A DNA stretch of 64,000 bases from Cetorhinus maximus (GCF_964194155.1 NC_135884.1:100502001-100566000), one strand, 5' to 3'. Counted from the first letter of the stretch, positions 13,906-26,479 are shown. Translations and numbers: made by a program. Notes: generated by a model not told the origin, from the sequence alone.

Positions 13906-14580
13906 CTTGCTACAGGGAGTTCACAGGTACTTAAGAATATCAACAGTTCAGTTACCCTTTCATTAACTTTCCTGATTACTTTTGGCCTTTAGCCATCTGT
14001 TTTAGATTTTATTTATTTCTCCAATCAATTACACAACTTATGTTGGAATGCCAGTGCAATAATTCTGAAGTTGTAGGCCATGGTGTGTTCCACCACCGTG
14101 CTGAATATCAATGCCAACAGAGGTCCAATCGAGAGGCAGCAACACGTATTTAACACCCCCTTACGAGTAGCAGTTTTGGAACACTTTATAAAAAGCTAAG
14201 GATGCAAGCAGAGGAGAAAGAAGAAGCTACTGTTATCAAGGTAATAACTTGTGTTAAATCAGGTAAGAACTAGAGGAGACCAATGTCCAAAAGTCAACTG
14301 CAGAGGAGAAATGAAATAGTGGAATCAATTGTCAGAGGTTGAGGTGAATGGGAAGATGTAGGGAGCCAAAGTTACACAGGATGTACTTTGTGTCTGGTGC
14401 AGTCTTGACTCTGGCAGAATGAAAGTCTATTTGAAGGGACTTGAAATAGCGATAGGCACATAGTTCTAGATATGGAGGGGAGGATTTGAGAATGTGCTAT
14501 TTGAAGGGATTTAGGATTCTCCTTGAGAAAGGAATAGGAGGGAAGAGATAATTGATTTGAAGGAGATAATAACATTGCCA

Positions 14581-14675
14581 TGAAGGGCCATGAAGGCTCG
14601 AAACGTTAACTGATTTCTTCTCCGCCGATGCTGCCAGACCTGCTGAGTTTTTCCAGGTAATTCTGTTTTTGTTTT
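14581..14675 (+). mobile_element. 95-bp Penelope pseudo-LTR insertion with 14-bp TSD
   Basis: taataacattgcca is duplicated at 14567-14580 and 14676-14689. The insert is essentially identical to 25300-25391. Confidence 0.85.
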
Positions 14676-15154
14676 TAATAACATTGCCAGTTGGGAGAGA
14701 CTGATACCACAAGCACCCAAGGATTATGAAATTGGGTGGTCAGAAACTGGGATTAGAAACAATTGAGGGAGGAGGTGGTGGGGTTCAAAATTATATGAAT
14801 TGTGGCAGAAACTGCAGAGAACAAGGGGATGAAGGCACAGTTGAGTGGAGGGTGGATGGTATAGCTGTGACTTAAGAAAGCAGCAGCTATTAGCTGATGA
14901 CCTCAATATTAGCAACACAAATATCCTTATGTTTTTCATATTTTAAGTCAGAATGGTGATCTGAGGTTGAATTTGGGAGTGGTTTCTGCTTTCCAGAATG
15001 AATAGTTTGGTTTTGGCCAGGTAAAGGAAATTGGTATAAATTTAAATATTCTGGCTCAAACTAAAGCTGATGATGCACAGTCAGACCCAATGAAAGAAAA
15101 ATCTTGTATTTATATGGCACCTTTCACAAAAAGCTTTAGAGTCAAGGAAACATA

Positions 15155-15517
15155 AAAAATTCTCAAGGGCTTGATAGGGTTGATACTGGGATGATATTTT
15201 CTCTGGCTGGGAAATCCAGACCTAGGGGTCACAGTATCAGAGTAAAGGCCTGGTTATTTAGGACTGAGATCAGGAGAAATTTCTTCCCTCAAAGAGTTCT
15301 GGTAATGAATCTTTTAAATTCTCTTCCACAGAGGGCTCTGGATGCTCAGTTCTTGAGTATATTCAAGACCGAGATCAGTAGGTCTTTGGATGCCCTGGGA
15401 GTCGAGCGATATGGGGATAGAGCAGGAAGGTGGAGCTGAACTACAAGATCATCTGTGATATTATTGAATGGCAGAGCAGACTTGAAGGACTGAATGGCTT
15501 ACAGCTGCTCTGATTTC
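15155..15517 (+). mobile_element. CR1 LINE 3' end
   Basis: ORF RGHSIRVK..FRTEIRRNFFPQRV..NSLPQRA plus CR1 tail. Confidence 0.8.
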
Positions 15518-16949
15518 TTAAGTTAGTGCTTTTGAAGTGCAATCACTGTTGTAATGTTGGAGACAACATGTGCATTTGATTTTAAGGCTGCAGAGATAGA
15601 CATTATAATTATTGAGCAGTGAGAGTGGAAAATTGAATGAGACCTGAGTGGAAATCTTAAATGACAGGGAGAAATGTGTCAAAAGGTGAGTGTGAGACAG
15701 CTTTAGAGAAGATTGTCCTAGACAAAACAAAAACAGAACAAGTAGCAGCCAAGTACCTTCCCAAAGCGTGGGGAGGAAAATCTGAGAGCACTACCACCTT
15801 ACTGCCAAAAACTGCCCTTCCGTACAACTTAAATAAGAACTAATTGGTTAATTATAATGTTTCCAACATTGTGATTCAATATGCAGCCACAGGATTTAAA
15901 GCTTAGGTTGTAGAGTTACTGCATTAATTTGATTTACGTGTAATAGGATTACAAGAGATGTGAATTGGAAGATCTCCTTCAGATGTGCTTGGCCTACTGA
16001 TTAACTTGCAGGATTCTTCTGTAACACCAACAATCACAAATTACTAAACGTTGCATAATTATCCATTCCCTCTTTATTCTTATGTGACCCAGTATTATGG
16101 GGGAATGCATAATTATTAGCTCAATTACAGATGTAGTTCCATAGACTGGCCTCCTGTAATCATTTGGCCTGTCATGTAAGTGCTAGCTCTGCAAAAGTAA
16201 CTCGCCTAATCCCACTCCCTTGCCTTTTTCCTGCAGCCCTAAATGAGTGTCCTCTGGTCCTGGATCCTTCCACCAATAGGAATAGTTTCTCTGGCTCTAT
16301 TCTGTCCAGACCCCTCATGATTTTGAACACCTCTATCAAATATCCTCAATCATCACTTCAAGTAGAACAACCCAGATTCTCCAAACTATGCACATAACTG
16401 AAGTTCCTCATCCCTGGAATGTGAATCTTTTCTCCACCCTCTCTAATGCCTTCTCTAATTATTCCTAAAGTGTGGTGTCCACAACAGGATGCAATACTTC
16501 AGTTGAGGCTGAACCGGTGTTTTATACAAGTTTATCAAAGTTTCCTTGCTTTTATAAAGCTCAAGATCTTGTTTGTTTCATTAACCACACTCTCAATCTG
16601 CCCTGCCACCTTCAATGATTTGTGCACATATACCCCAGGTCCCTCTGCTCCTGCTCCTCCTTTTGAATTGTTCCCTTTATTTTTTATTGCCTTTCTTCAT
16701 TCTCCTTACCAAAATTAATCACTTCATGCTTCTCTGCATTACTTTTCATCTGTCACTTGTCCACCCATTGCACTATGTCTATATCCTCTTGAAGTTTAAC
16801 ACTATCCTCCTCACTGTTCACAATACTTACAAGTTTTGTGTCATCTGCAAATTTTGCAGTTGTGCCCTATACACCCAAGTCTAGATCAATATATATCAAG
16901 AAAAGCAGGGGTTCTAACACAGACCCATGGGAAACCCTAGTGTAAATGA

Positions 16950-17103
16950 CATTCTTATTTTATCAGTAAGGAAATCAAGGGTTATGGGGAAAAGGCAAGG
17001 AGAGTGGAGTTGAGGATTATCAGATCAGCCACGATCTCATTTAATGGTGGAGCAGACTCATTGGGCCGAATGGCCTACTTCTGCTCCTACGTCTTATGGT
17101 CTT
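16950..17103 (+). mobile_element. Short CR1 3'-tail insertion
   Basis: aagggttatggggaaaaggc...ggagcagactc..gggccgaatggcctacttctgctcctacgtcttat is nearly the same as the tail at 37250-37360. Confidence 0.8.
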
Positions 17104-17391
17104 AAACTTTCCTCCAGTCCACTACTGTTTCCTGTCACTCACTCAATGCTGCTACTGCCCCTTTTATTCTTTGAGCTCTATCTTTGCTTACAGCCCTGTT
17201 TTGTAGCACTTTATTCCTTGTGCCTTTCGGAAGTCCATGTGCACCACATCAACCATATTACCTCGCATCTACTCCCTGTGCTACCTCACCAAAAGACTCA
17301 AGCAAGTTTGTTAAACACAATTTTCCCTTATCAAATCTGTGCTGGCTTTCCTTAATATTTGCCCAAGTGGTTTAATTTTGCCCCGAATTAT

Positions 17392-18038
17392 GGGCAGAAT
17401 TTTCCCTCTGGCGGAGGGGATGTTTAGGAGTGGGCATGTGCAGGCATGCCTCCAATTGGCGCTCCCAATCGGGGGCGTGGCCCTTTTACATGGGCAGGCC
17501 AGTGTGATGTCCACAAGGAAGCGCTATGCGCTCCCTGTGTGCGCGGGAGGGGAGGATTCCTTGAGCCGAGAGTGCGCTCTTTCACGCATGTGCATGAAGA
17601 GCACACAGATCTCCCTGAGGCTAAGTGCTGCCTTAGGGAGATCGGCTCCACAATAAAAAATCTTAGAAATAGAAGAAAAAAAAATTCCCTGACATGTCCC
17701 CTCGTGTGACACTGTCACATGAATTGGGACATGTCCATCACTTTTAAATACACTTTCATTGCATTTTTTTAAAACCTCATCCCGCTCATGCTTTTTCCAG
17801 TGGCTGCCAGGGCTCCTGGCCTGCCTGCCAACCTTAAGGTTGGACAGGCAGGTCCATTAATTACTTTAACGACTTTGTCAATGGCCTCAATTGGCCATTG
17901 ACGGGTTGGCGGGCACACAACTGACTCTGCTGAGCCCCTGCCTATCTGAAAATTGAAATGAGGCGGGGTGACATTGGGGAGTTCCGCCCGACATCATCCC
18001 GCGTCATTTTACACGTCGACAAGCGGGAAATCCTGGCC
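17392..18038 (+). mobile_element. Non-autonomous DNA transposon (MITE, PIF/Harbinger-like)
   Basis: Imperfect TIRs GGGCAGAATTTTCC and (reverse complement) GGCCAGGATTTCCC; 3-bp TSD tat at 17389-17391 and 18039-18041; GC/CpG-rich and non-coding. Confidence 0.7.
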
Positions 18039-18895
18039 TATCATTTTTAAAAGCTGCTTCTTCACTGAGGTTAAACTGATTGGCCTGTAGTTGCTGGGCT
18101 TAGCTTTACACTGTATTTTTGAACAATGGTGTAACATTTGCAATTCTCCAGTCCACTGGTGCCACCCCTGTATCCAAGGAAGATTGGAAAATTATGACCA
18201 GTGCATCTCGTCTGGTCCTAGTGACTTATCAATATTAAGTACGCCAACCAAACTAATGCCTTGTCTTTATCTATTTTCAATCCATCAAGTATCTCAGCTA
18301 CCTATTTTTTCACCAGACTTGGGCAGCATCTTCCTTGGTAAAGACAGATGCAAAGTATTCATTTAGTATCTCAGTAATGTTCCTGCTTCCATGTTTGAAT
18401 CCCCTTTTGGGACCATAATCGGTCCGAATCCTCCTTTTAACACCCTTTTATTATTTATGTCTATAGAAGACCTTGGATTCCCTTTTTGTGTTACCTCTCT
18501 GTTTCTTCTCATATGCCCTTTGCTTCTCTCATTGCCCCCCCCACCCCCGCACTTCCCTTCTGAACTTTCTACATTGAGCCTGCTTCTCAATTGTATTATC
18601 TACATGATATCTGTCATATGCTCCCCTTTACTCTGCTTCATCTTTATCTCTCTTGTCATCCAGGGAGCTCTGGATTTGTTTGCCCTAACTCTCTCCCCCT
18701 TTTGAGAATGTATATTGACTGCACCTAAACTATCTCCTCTTTAAAGTTCCATTACAGTTTTGTCTGCCTATCTTTGATTCCCGCTTATTTGAGCCAGATC
18801 TGTACTCCCCCATTGAAGTTGGCTTTCCCCCAGATAATTATTCTTACTCTGGATTGCTGCTTGTCCTTCTCCAGAGCCATTTTAAACCTCATGAT

Positions 18896-19994
18896 GAGTG
18901 TGGTATCAAGGAGCCCTAGCAAAATTGGAGCCAATGGGAATCGGGGGGAATCTCTCCGCTGGTTGGAGTCATACCTAGCACAAAGGAAGACGATTGTGGT
19001 TGTTGGAGGTCAATCACCTCAGTTCCAGGACATCACTGCAGGAGTTCCTTACGAAACTCAGCTACTTCAGCAATGATCTTCCACCGATCGTAAGGTCAGA
19101 AGTGGGGATGTTCATTGATGATTGCACATTGATGAGTTGCGAATGGTGTTGGAACATTACTGAAGTAGCCCATGTCCAAATGCAGCAAGACCTGGACAAT
19201 ATCCAGGCTTGGGCCAACAAGTGGCAAGTAACATTCCTGCCACTCAATTGCCAGGCAATAACTATCTCCAATGAGAGAATTTTACCATTGCCCTGGACAT
19301 TCAATGACATTATCATTGCTGAATCCCCCACTATCAACTTCCTGGGGGTTACCATTGACCAGAAACTGAACTGCTCTAGCCATATAAATGCTGTGGCTAC
19401 AAGAGCAGGTCAGAGGCTAGGAATTCTGAGGCAAGTAACTCCCCTCCTCACTCCCTAAAACCTGTCCACCATCTATAAGGCACAAGTCAGGAGTGTGATG
19501 GGATACTTTCCATTTGCCTGGATGACTGCAGCTCCAACAACACTCAAGAAGCTTGACAACATCCAGGACAAAGCTTGCTTGATTGGCACCCCATCTACAA
19601 ACATTCACTCCCTCCATCACTGACGAATAGTGGCACCAGTCTGTATCATCTGCAAGATGCACTGTAGAAATTCACCAAGGCTCCTTAGACAGTACCTTCC
19701 AAACCCATGACCACTACCGTCTAGAAGGACAAGGGCAGCAGACACGTGGGAACACCACTGCCACCTGGAAGTTATCCTCCAAGCCACTCACCATCTTGAC
19801 TTGAAAATATATCGCCATTCCTTCACTGTTGCTGGGTCAAAATCTTTGAACTCCCTCCCTAACAGCACTGTTGGCGTACCTACACCACAGGGACTACAGT
19901 TCAAGAAGGCAGCTCACCACCACCTTAAGGGCAATTAGGGATGGGCAATAAATGCTGGCTTAGCCAGCAACACCCACTTCTGTGAATAGAAAAA
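18896..19994 (+). mobile_element. Family B (Crack-like) LINE, 5'-truncated
   Basis: RT fragments (MFIDDCT, QQDLDNIQAWANKWQV) and the shared 3' tail. Confidence 0.85.
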
Positions 19995-20827
19995 TACACG
20001 AAACGTTCCCCTACTGACACTTGATCTGCTTGAACCATTTAATTCCCCAGAACCAGGTCCAGCAATGCCTTTTTCCTCGTTGGACTGGCAACACACTAAT
20101 GTAGAAAATTCTGCTGAACACACTATAGAAACTCTTGCCCCTCTCTGTCCTTTACATTATTACTATCCCAGTCTGTATTAGGATTATCAGTTTCCTGTTA
20201 TAACTACTGTGTAATTCTTTGCACCTCTGTAATTTAATTAAATTTGTTCCTGTATATCTTTCTGACTAGTTGGTGGCCTATACAATACACCCAGAAATGT
20301 AATGGCATCTCTATTGCTTTAATTCTTTCTAAATGGATTATGCCCTTAAGCCCCCTTGGATATCCTCTTCCAACAATGAAATGTTCTCTTTAATCAATTC
20401 TGGTACCCTTTCTCCTTTCTTTCCTTCCCTATCTTTCCTGAGCACCTTGTATCCTGAAATATTTAGTATCCAGTCCTGCACTCCTTTGAGACAGGTCTCG
20501 TAACACCACAATATCATATTTCCACCCGGATGGTTTTGCCTGCAGCTCACCAATCTTATTTACCACACACCACACGTTCACATACTTGCAGAATAAACTT
20601 AATTTAGAACCTATACTATTCCCTCTTACTCTGACTCCACCTAATTCCTTACTGTTTCCTACTCTAGTGCTATTTATCTCTCTGTTCTCTATGCACATTG
20701 GTTCTTCTCATTTAATGCAGAGAAAGTTGAGATTGCACTATATTATAGCTTGACTTGGAATGGAATTTGGACTTTTGCTCTGGCTGGTTTCCTTAATATC
20801 AAATTCAGAAGTGTTCATTACATATTA

Positions 20828-21030
20828 TATATGGCTAGTGCAGTTCAGTTTCTAGTCAATGGTAACCTCCAGGATTTTGATAGTGGAGGATTCAGCAACG
20901 GTAATGCCTTTGAATGTCAAGGGGCGATGGTTAGATCCAATCTTGTTGGAGATGGTCTTGCTGCATTTGGACATGGACTGCTTCAGTATCTGAGGAGTCA
21001 CGAATGGTGCTGAATATTGTGCAATATTAG
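20828..21030 (-). mobile_element. Family B LINE internal fragment with deletions
   Basis: Matches segments of 21920-22190. Confidence 0.7.
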
Positions 21031-21309
21031 TGAGCAAGAGTTGCTTTTTTATGAACTGACTTAAAAGTTACACATCCAAATTCCAACACAGGCTAATTGA
21101 AGTTTGGAAAACCAGCAGCCCAGTATGCATTTGAGTGACTGCAATACTATTAAACATATGGTTCTTTCTGAGTAACGTGATTTTCTTTTAATCCTACCGA
21201 AACAGGAACTTACCCAAAACTGTTGCCCAAATCCTAACCTGCACCAAGTTTTGTTCATCCATAAATCCAGTGCTCGCTGACCTACCTCAGTTTCCAATCT
21301 GGCAATGTA

Positions 21310-22449
21310 TTTTTTCATGGGATGTGGGCAATGCTGGCTAGGCCAGCATTTATTGTCCATCCCTAATTGCCCTTGAGAAGGTGGTGGTGAGCTGCCCTCT
21401 TGAACCGCTATAGTTTATGTGGTGTAGGGTGTACCTACAGTGCTATTAGGGAGGAATTTCCAGGATTTTGACCCGGCAACAGTGAAGGAATGGCGATATA
21501 TTTCCAAGTCAGGATGGTGAGTGGCTTGGAGGGGAACGTCCAGGTGGTGGTGTTCCCATGTGTCTGCTGCCCTTGTCCTTCTAGATGGTAGCGGTCATGG
21601 GTTTGGAAGGTGCTGCCTAAGGAGGCTTGGTGTGTTCCTGCAGTGCCACATATAGATGGTACACTGCTGCCACTGTGCTTTGGTAGTAGAAGGGGTGAAT
21701 GTTTGTTGATGGGGTGCCAATCAAGCAGGCTGCTTTGTCCTGGATGGTGGCAAGCTTCTTGAGTGTTGATGAGGCTGTACTCATCCAGTCAAGTGGAGAG
21801 TATTCCATCACACACCTGATTTGTGCCTTGTAGATAGTGGATAGCCTTTGGGGAGTCAGGTAGTGAGTTAATCGCTGCAGGATTCCTAGCCTCTGACCTG
21901 CTCTTGTAGCCACAGTATTTATATGGCTAGTCCAGTTCAGTTTCTGGTCAATAGTAACCCCCAAGATGATGTTTTGGGGTTTCAGTGATGGTGATGCTGC
22001 TGAATGTCGAGGGGCGATGGTTAGATTCTCTCTTGTTGGAGATGGTCATTGCCTGGCCCTTGTGTAGCGTGAATGTTACTTGCCACTTGGACAACATCCA
22101 GGTTTGGGCTGACAAGTCTTGCTGCATTTGGACCTGAACTACTTCAGTATCTGAGAGTTGTGAATGGTGCTGAACATTGTGCAGTCATCAATGAACATCC
22201 CCACTTCTGACCTAATGATGAAGGGAAGGTCATTATGAAGCAGCTGAAGGTGGTTGAGCCTCGGACACTACTGCTGGAGTTCTTCAGGATAATGGCCTGG
22301 ATCTGAGATGATTAACCTCCAACAACCACAACCATTTTCCTTTGTGCTAGGTATAACTCCAACCAACAGACTTTTCCCCCTGATTCCCATTGACTCCAGT
22401 TTTGCAAGGCTCCTTGATGCCACACTCGGTCAAATGTGGCCTTGATGTC
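21310..22449 (-). mobile_element. Family B LINE, 5'-truncated
   Basis: ORF GVTIDQKLNWTSHINTVATRAGQRLGIL...; 3' tail at 21310-21380. Confidence 0.85.
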
Positions 22450-22504
22450 TCGATTTAACAATTCATATCCTTGTTTTACCATGGCCTCCTCTAACCGCTT
22501 TTAT

Positions 22505-24120
22505 TTATTCAGTGCCTTTAATAAAATGTCATCAGGAACATTATAAAGCAAACTTTCACACCGAGCCACATAAAGTGTTAGGGTAGATGGCCAAAAGCTT
22601 GGTCGAAGATTTAGGTTTCAAGGAGCATAATAAAAGAGCAAAAGGAGGCAGAGGCGTTTGGGGAGGGAATTCCAGAGCATCGGGCCTTGGCAACGAAAGG
22701 CAATGCCCATCAATGGCAGAGTTATTAAAATCAGGAATGCTCGAGAGACTGGAATTAAAATAATTTTTCACATTTCTCCAAGATGTGGTGCTGGAAAGAG
22801 AGAGAGAGAGGACAGGCAAGGCCATGGAAGGATTTTGAAACAAGCGTGAAAATTTTAAAACCGAGACATTGCTTAACCAGGAGCCAGTGTAGGTCAGCAA
22901 CCATAGGAGTGATGAGTGAACAAAACTTGGTGCAGTTATGAACATGAACAGCAGCAGTTCTGGTGACCTCCAGTTTAGAGGGTAGAATGTGGGAGGCAAG
23001 CCAGGTGTGTTGAAATAGTTAGGTCTAGAGGTAACAAAGACATGGATGATAGATTCAGCATCTGTTGAGATGAGGCAGGGCCAGAGCCAGGTGCTGCTGC
23101 AAAGGTGGAAAAAGGTGGCCTTATTGGATATGTGGTTGGGTGCTCATCTCGGTCAAATATGACAGCAAGGTTGCGAGCAGCCTAAGTCAGCCTCAGTTAG
23201 TAGCCAAGGATGGGGATGGTTGTTATCTAAGAAACGGACTCTGTAGGAGGACTGAAGATGTAACTTCTGAACTCCCCAATGTCAGATTAGAGCGGGTACC
23301 CCAAAGATGCGCTGGGAATCCCTCTCGGGACTTTACAGGTAAGGGTTTGCACGGCAATTGCCCAGAAATGCCCACTTCCTCTGGGCAATTGCCCCTGTGC
23401 TGGGAACCATCCAAAAATGCAATCTAAATCACAAGCTTTGGATGGTTGTGGCTGTGTTACACAACTAGTTACCCAGAAAATGTTAGAAGAATTAAAACCT
23501 CGTCTAATTTCTCAGTAGCTATTGTAAAGACGCAGACTGACCCACTCCACGGGACTTCCCCCACACCCCTGAGTAACCACCTCCCCCCAACCCCACGGTA
23601 TTCCCCACCACCCCCCCAACCTCTGAGTAACCTCCCCCCCATGGATTTCCTCCCAATGGCACGTGAGTTCCCCCACCCCGCACCAAGTTCTGACTGCTCC
23701 CCAACCCCCCCCCCCGGAGATCCGACCCCCACCCTCAACCTCAGATTCCCCGCTGATCTCTGATTTTCCCCCCAAATCCTATCCAGTTACCATAAACGCT
23801 TAACCTGGCCTGTCAATTTCAATGGGACCTTTAACTTACCTGATTTACGGAAGCTAGTGCCATAAAAAAGAGGGCATGTCCTTCTTCAATCCGTCTCTGG
23901 ACTGCAACGCTGGGCCCCGGACAGCTGCGCTGTCTGGATCTCATCCGGCCTGAGTTAGAATGTTGGGCAAAACAGGCATGGAAGAAATTTAATGTAAGTG
24001 ATTGGACACGGAGTGGCAATCTGATGCTGATTGCCACTCTGAGGAAGTTACAGCCCAATGGCTTTGATTTTTCTAATGTTTAATTGGAAGAAATTTCTGC
24101 TGATCCAATACTTGATGTTG
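22505..24120 (-). mobile_element. L2 LINE 3' region interrupted by a MITE
   Basis: L2-type 3' sequence (gggagggaattccagagc, caaatatgacagcaagg). The split actgaaga|caatggcttt is contiguous in the related copy near 58880. Confidence 0.65.
23259..24056. mobile_element. MITE-like non-autonomous DNA transposon
   Basis: Termini tgtaacttc... and ...gaagttacagccc; C-rich internal repeats; interrupts an L2. Confidence 0.6.
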
Positions 24121-25267
24121 AAGGTAGCTCACAAAGATCACTGTCCAGGCGCGCACACGTAAAAGGAACAACTGTGTCAAGGCACAGCATCTTTAGAATA
24201 AACTGTTGTGATGACTACAGGTTGAATGTCATAGTCAAAGAGCAAATTAACTGCCTATGAAATGCTGAAAATGTGTTCTTACTACAGATTACATTTTAAA
24301 AATTCACAAACATTTACAAAATAAATACCCCAAAGCATTTTACAGAGGAAATAGATAAGGAAATGGATGCCAGGCCTTGGAGGGAGAGATTAGGAGGGGT
24401 GACTGAAACCTCAGTAAAAGAGATGAGTTTGGAGAAAGGCATAAGAACTAGAGTGAAAGTCATCTAGTAAGATGGTTTGAGGCTATATATGTTGTATTAC
24501 TCACTTCAGACTGAGTGAATACAATAGTTTAGGTGATTTTATTGAAAGGATGTATTATTCATGATTGGTTGTTCCTGATAAATCCAACGGATCCATTATT
24601 CATAATGGAGCTATGTATTTAATTTTCTCCAGTTAAAGGAAGATAGTAATGGGTGAGGTAATTCATCCCCTGAAACCTGTTCCACTATTCAGTTAGATCA
24701 TGGCTGAACTGTATCTCAACTCCATTTATCCACCTTTGTTCCATATCCTTTTAAACCTCTATGCAACAAAAATGTAGCAATCTCAACCTTGGAAATTTCA
24801 ATTGATTCAACATCCAGAGGATTCACTTTTAGAGGAGCGAGTTCTTTATTCGCACAATGTGTAATGGAAATAAAATTTTTTGATCTTGCTCCAAGATGCC
24901 TTGGCTATAATTTTAAGATGTCCTTTTATTCTGGATTCCTTTACTGTAGAGTATTCTGTGATAGTGTGTCATAACGGCACAGAAGGAGGCCATTGGCCCA
25001 TCGGGTCTCTGTAGAACAATCTATTCAGTCTCATTCCCCTGCTTTATCCCTGTAGCCCTGTAAGTTTATTTTCCTCAAGTGCCCATACAATTTCCTTTTC
25101 AAATTATTAATCACCTCTGCTTCCACCACCCTCAGGAGTTCCAGGTCAATTACCACTGCTGCGTAAAAAAAAAAAAGTTCTTCCTCACATCCCATGTGCC
25201 TCTCTTGCCCCAAACCTTAAATCTATCTCCCCTAGCCTTTGCACCATCAGCAACTGGGAACAGATTT

Positions 25268-25391
25268 CTCCCTTCTCCTAACTATGCTTCAGTTCTGCCG
25301 AAGGGCCATGAAGGCTCGAAACGTTAACTGATTTCTTCTCCGCCGATGCTGCCAGACCTGCTGAGTTTTTCCAGGTAATTCTGTTTTTGTT
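25268..25391 (+). mobile_element. Penelope pseudo-LTR insertion with 8-bp TSD
   Basis: acagattt at 25260-25267 and 25392-25399; contains a hammerhead motif. Confidence 0.8.
25289..25331 (+). ncRNA. Minimal type I hammerhead-like motif (variant core CUGCCGA)
   Basis: UCAGUU-CUGCCGA-A-GGGCC(AUGAA)GGCUC-GAAACGUU-AACUGA: 6-bp stem I, 5-bp stem II, palindromic AACGUU in place of stem III. Confidence 0.65.
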
Positions 25392-25779
25392 ACAGATTTT
25401 CTTTGTCCACCTTATCTAAACCTGTCAAATTCTTGTACAACTCTTATCAAATCTCCCCTCAATCTCTTTTGCTCCAATCCCAGCTTCTCCAACCTAATCT
25501 TGTAGCTAAAAATCACTCATCTCTGGAACCATTCAGGTCAATTTCCTCTGCAGCCTCTCGAGAACCCATGCATCTTTCTGAAAGTGTGGTGACCAAAACT
25601 GGGCCAGAGGAAATAGTTTCCCTATATCTACCCTATCAAATCACTTAATTATTTTAAATACCTCAAGTGGATTACCCCCTCAACTGACTGAACTTGAAGG
25701 AATAAAGGCAAGTCTATGCAATCTCTTCATAATTAACCCTTTTAAGTCCTGGTATCATTCAGATAAATCTGCCCTGTGA

Positions 25780-25985
25780 CTATTGACAAGGACATTTTAG
25801 AGAACTCCCCTGCTGCTCTTCAAATAGTGCCGTAGAATCTATTACATCCATCTTAGAGGGCAGTTTAATATGTTATCCAGAAGGCTGTATCTTCAAAAGC
25901 GCAGCACTCTTCAGTACTGCATTGAAGTGTCAGTCGGGATTATGTGATCAAGTCTCCACAGTGGGCTTGGTCCACAACCTTTAGA
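25780..25985 (-). mobile_element. Deu-domain SINE fragment
   Basis: gagaactcccctgctgctcttcaaatagtgc...gcagcactcttcagtactgcattgaagtgtcag is the reverse complement of the Deu domain. Confidence 0.65.
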
Positions 25986-26479
25986 ATTATATCCATGCAT
26001 GCTACAACTGTGTGGGGATTCACTAGCAATACGAAACACATCTTTCAACTTTTCTGTAAAGAGGCACTCTATAGGCAAAATATTTTCAATGAACCCCCTA
26101 TTTAAAACTGCACACTTTCACCTCCTTTGATTTGGTTGCATTGCTTATCTACCTTGTTTTCCCCTGTAAATACTAATAAACAATAGTAAAATTAAACACA
26201 TGTTACAAATGAATAGAATTGACTTGTTGCAATTGTACCCATTCAAGCGAGTGGTGTGTCCCATCCTAACACTCCTAATATTGCTATTTAGATGGAGTAG
26301 AGACTTAGAGGGATTATGAGATGAGTCACTCATTACAGAGTACCTAGCCTCTTCACTGTTTTTGTAGTCAGTATTGTTCTGTCTCGTATAGTTAAACTTT
26401 GCACACACACCCCCCCCCATAAATATTGAATGGGTAGTGAACTCAGCACTAGTGGCCCTGTTGATGATCAGGGTAGATG

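Larger units (their letters stand above)
16140..20710 (-). mobile_element. Degraded CR1 LINE (EN-RT) interrupted by three younger insertions
   Basis: Minus-strand tail at about 16140, RT remnants at 16.4-18.3 kb, EN start YVNVWCVVNKIGELQA at about 20.6 kb. Confidence 0.75.
24640..25780 (-). mobile_element. Cluster of CR1 3'-end fragments
   Basis: Minus-strand CR1 tails (ggcacagaaggaggccattggcccatc; aaatctcccctcaatctc). Confidence 0.65.

Noticed and set aside
23446-23775. Pro/Gly-rich ORFs
   Set aside because: By-product of the C-rich MITE core.
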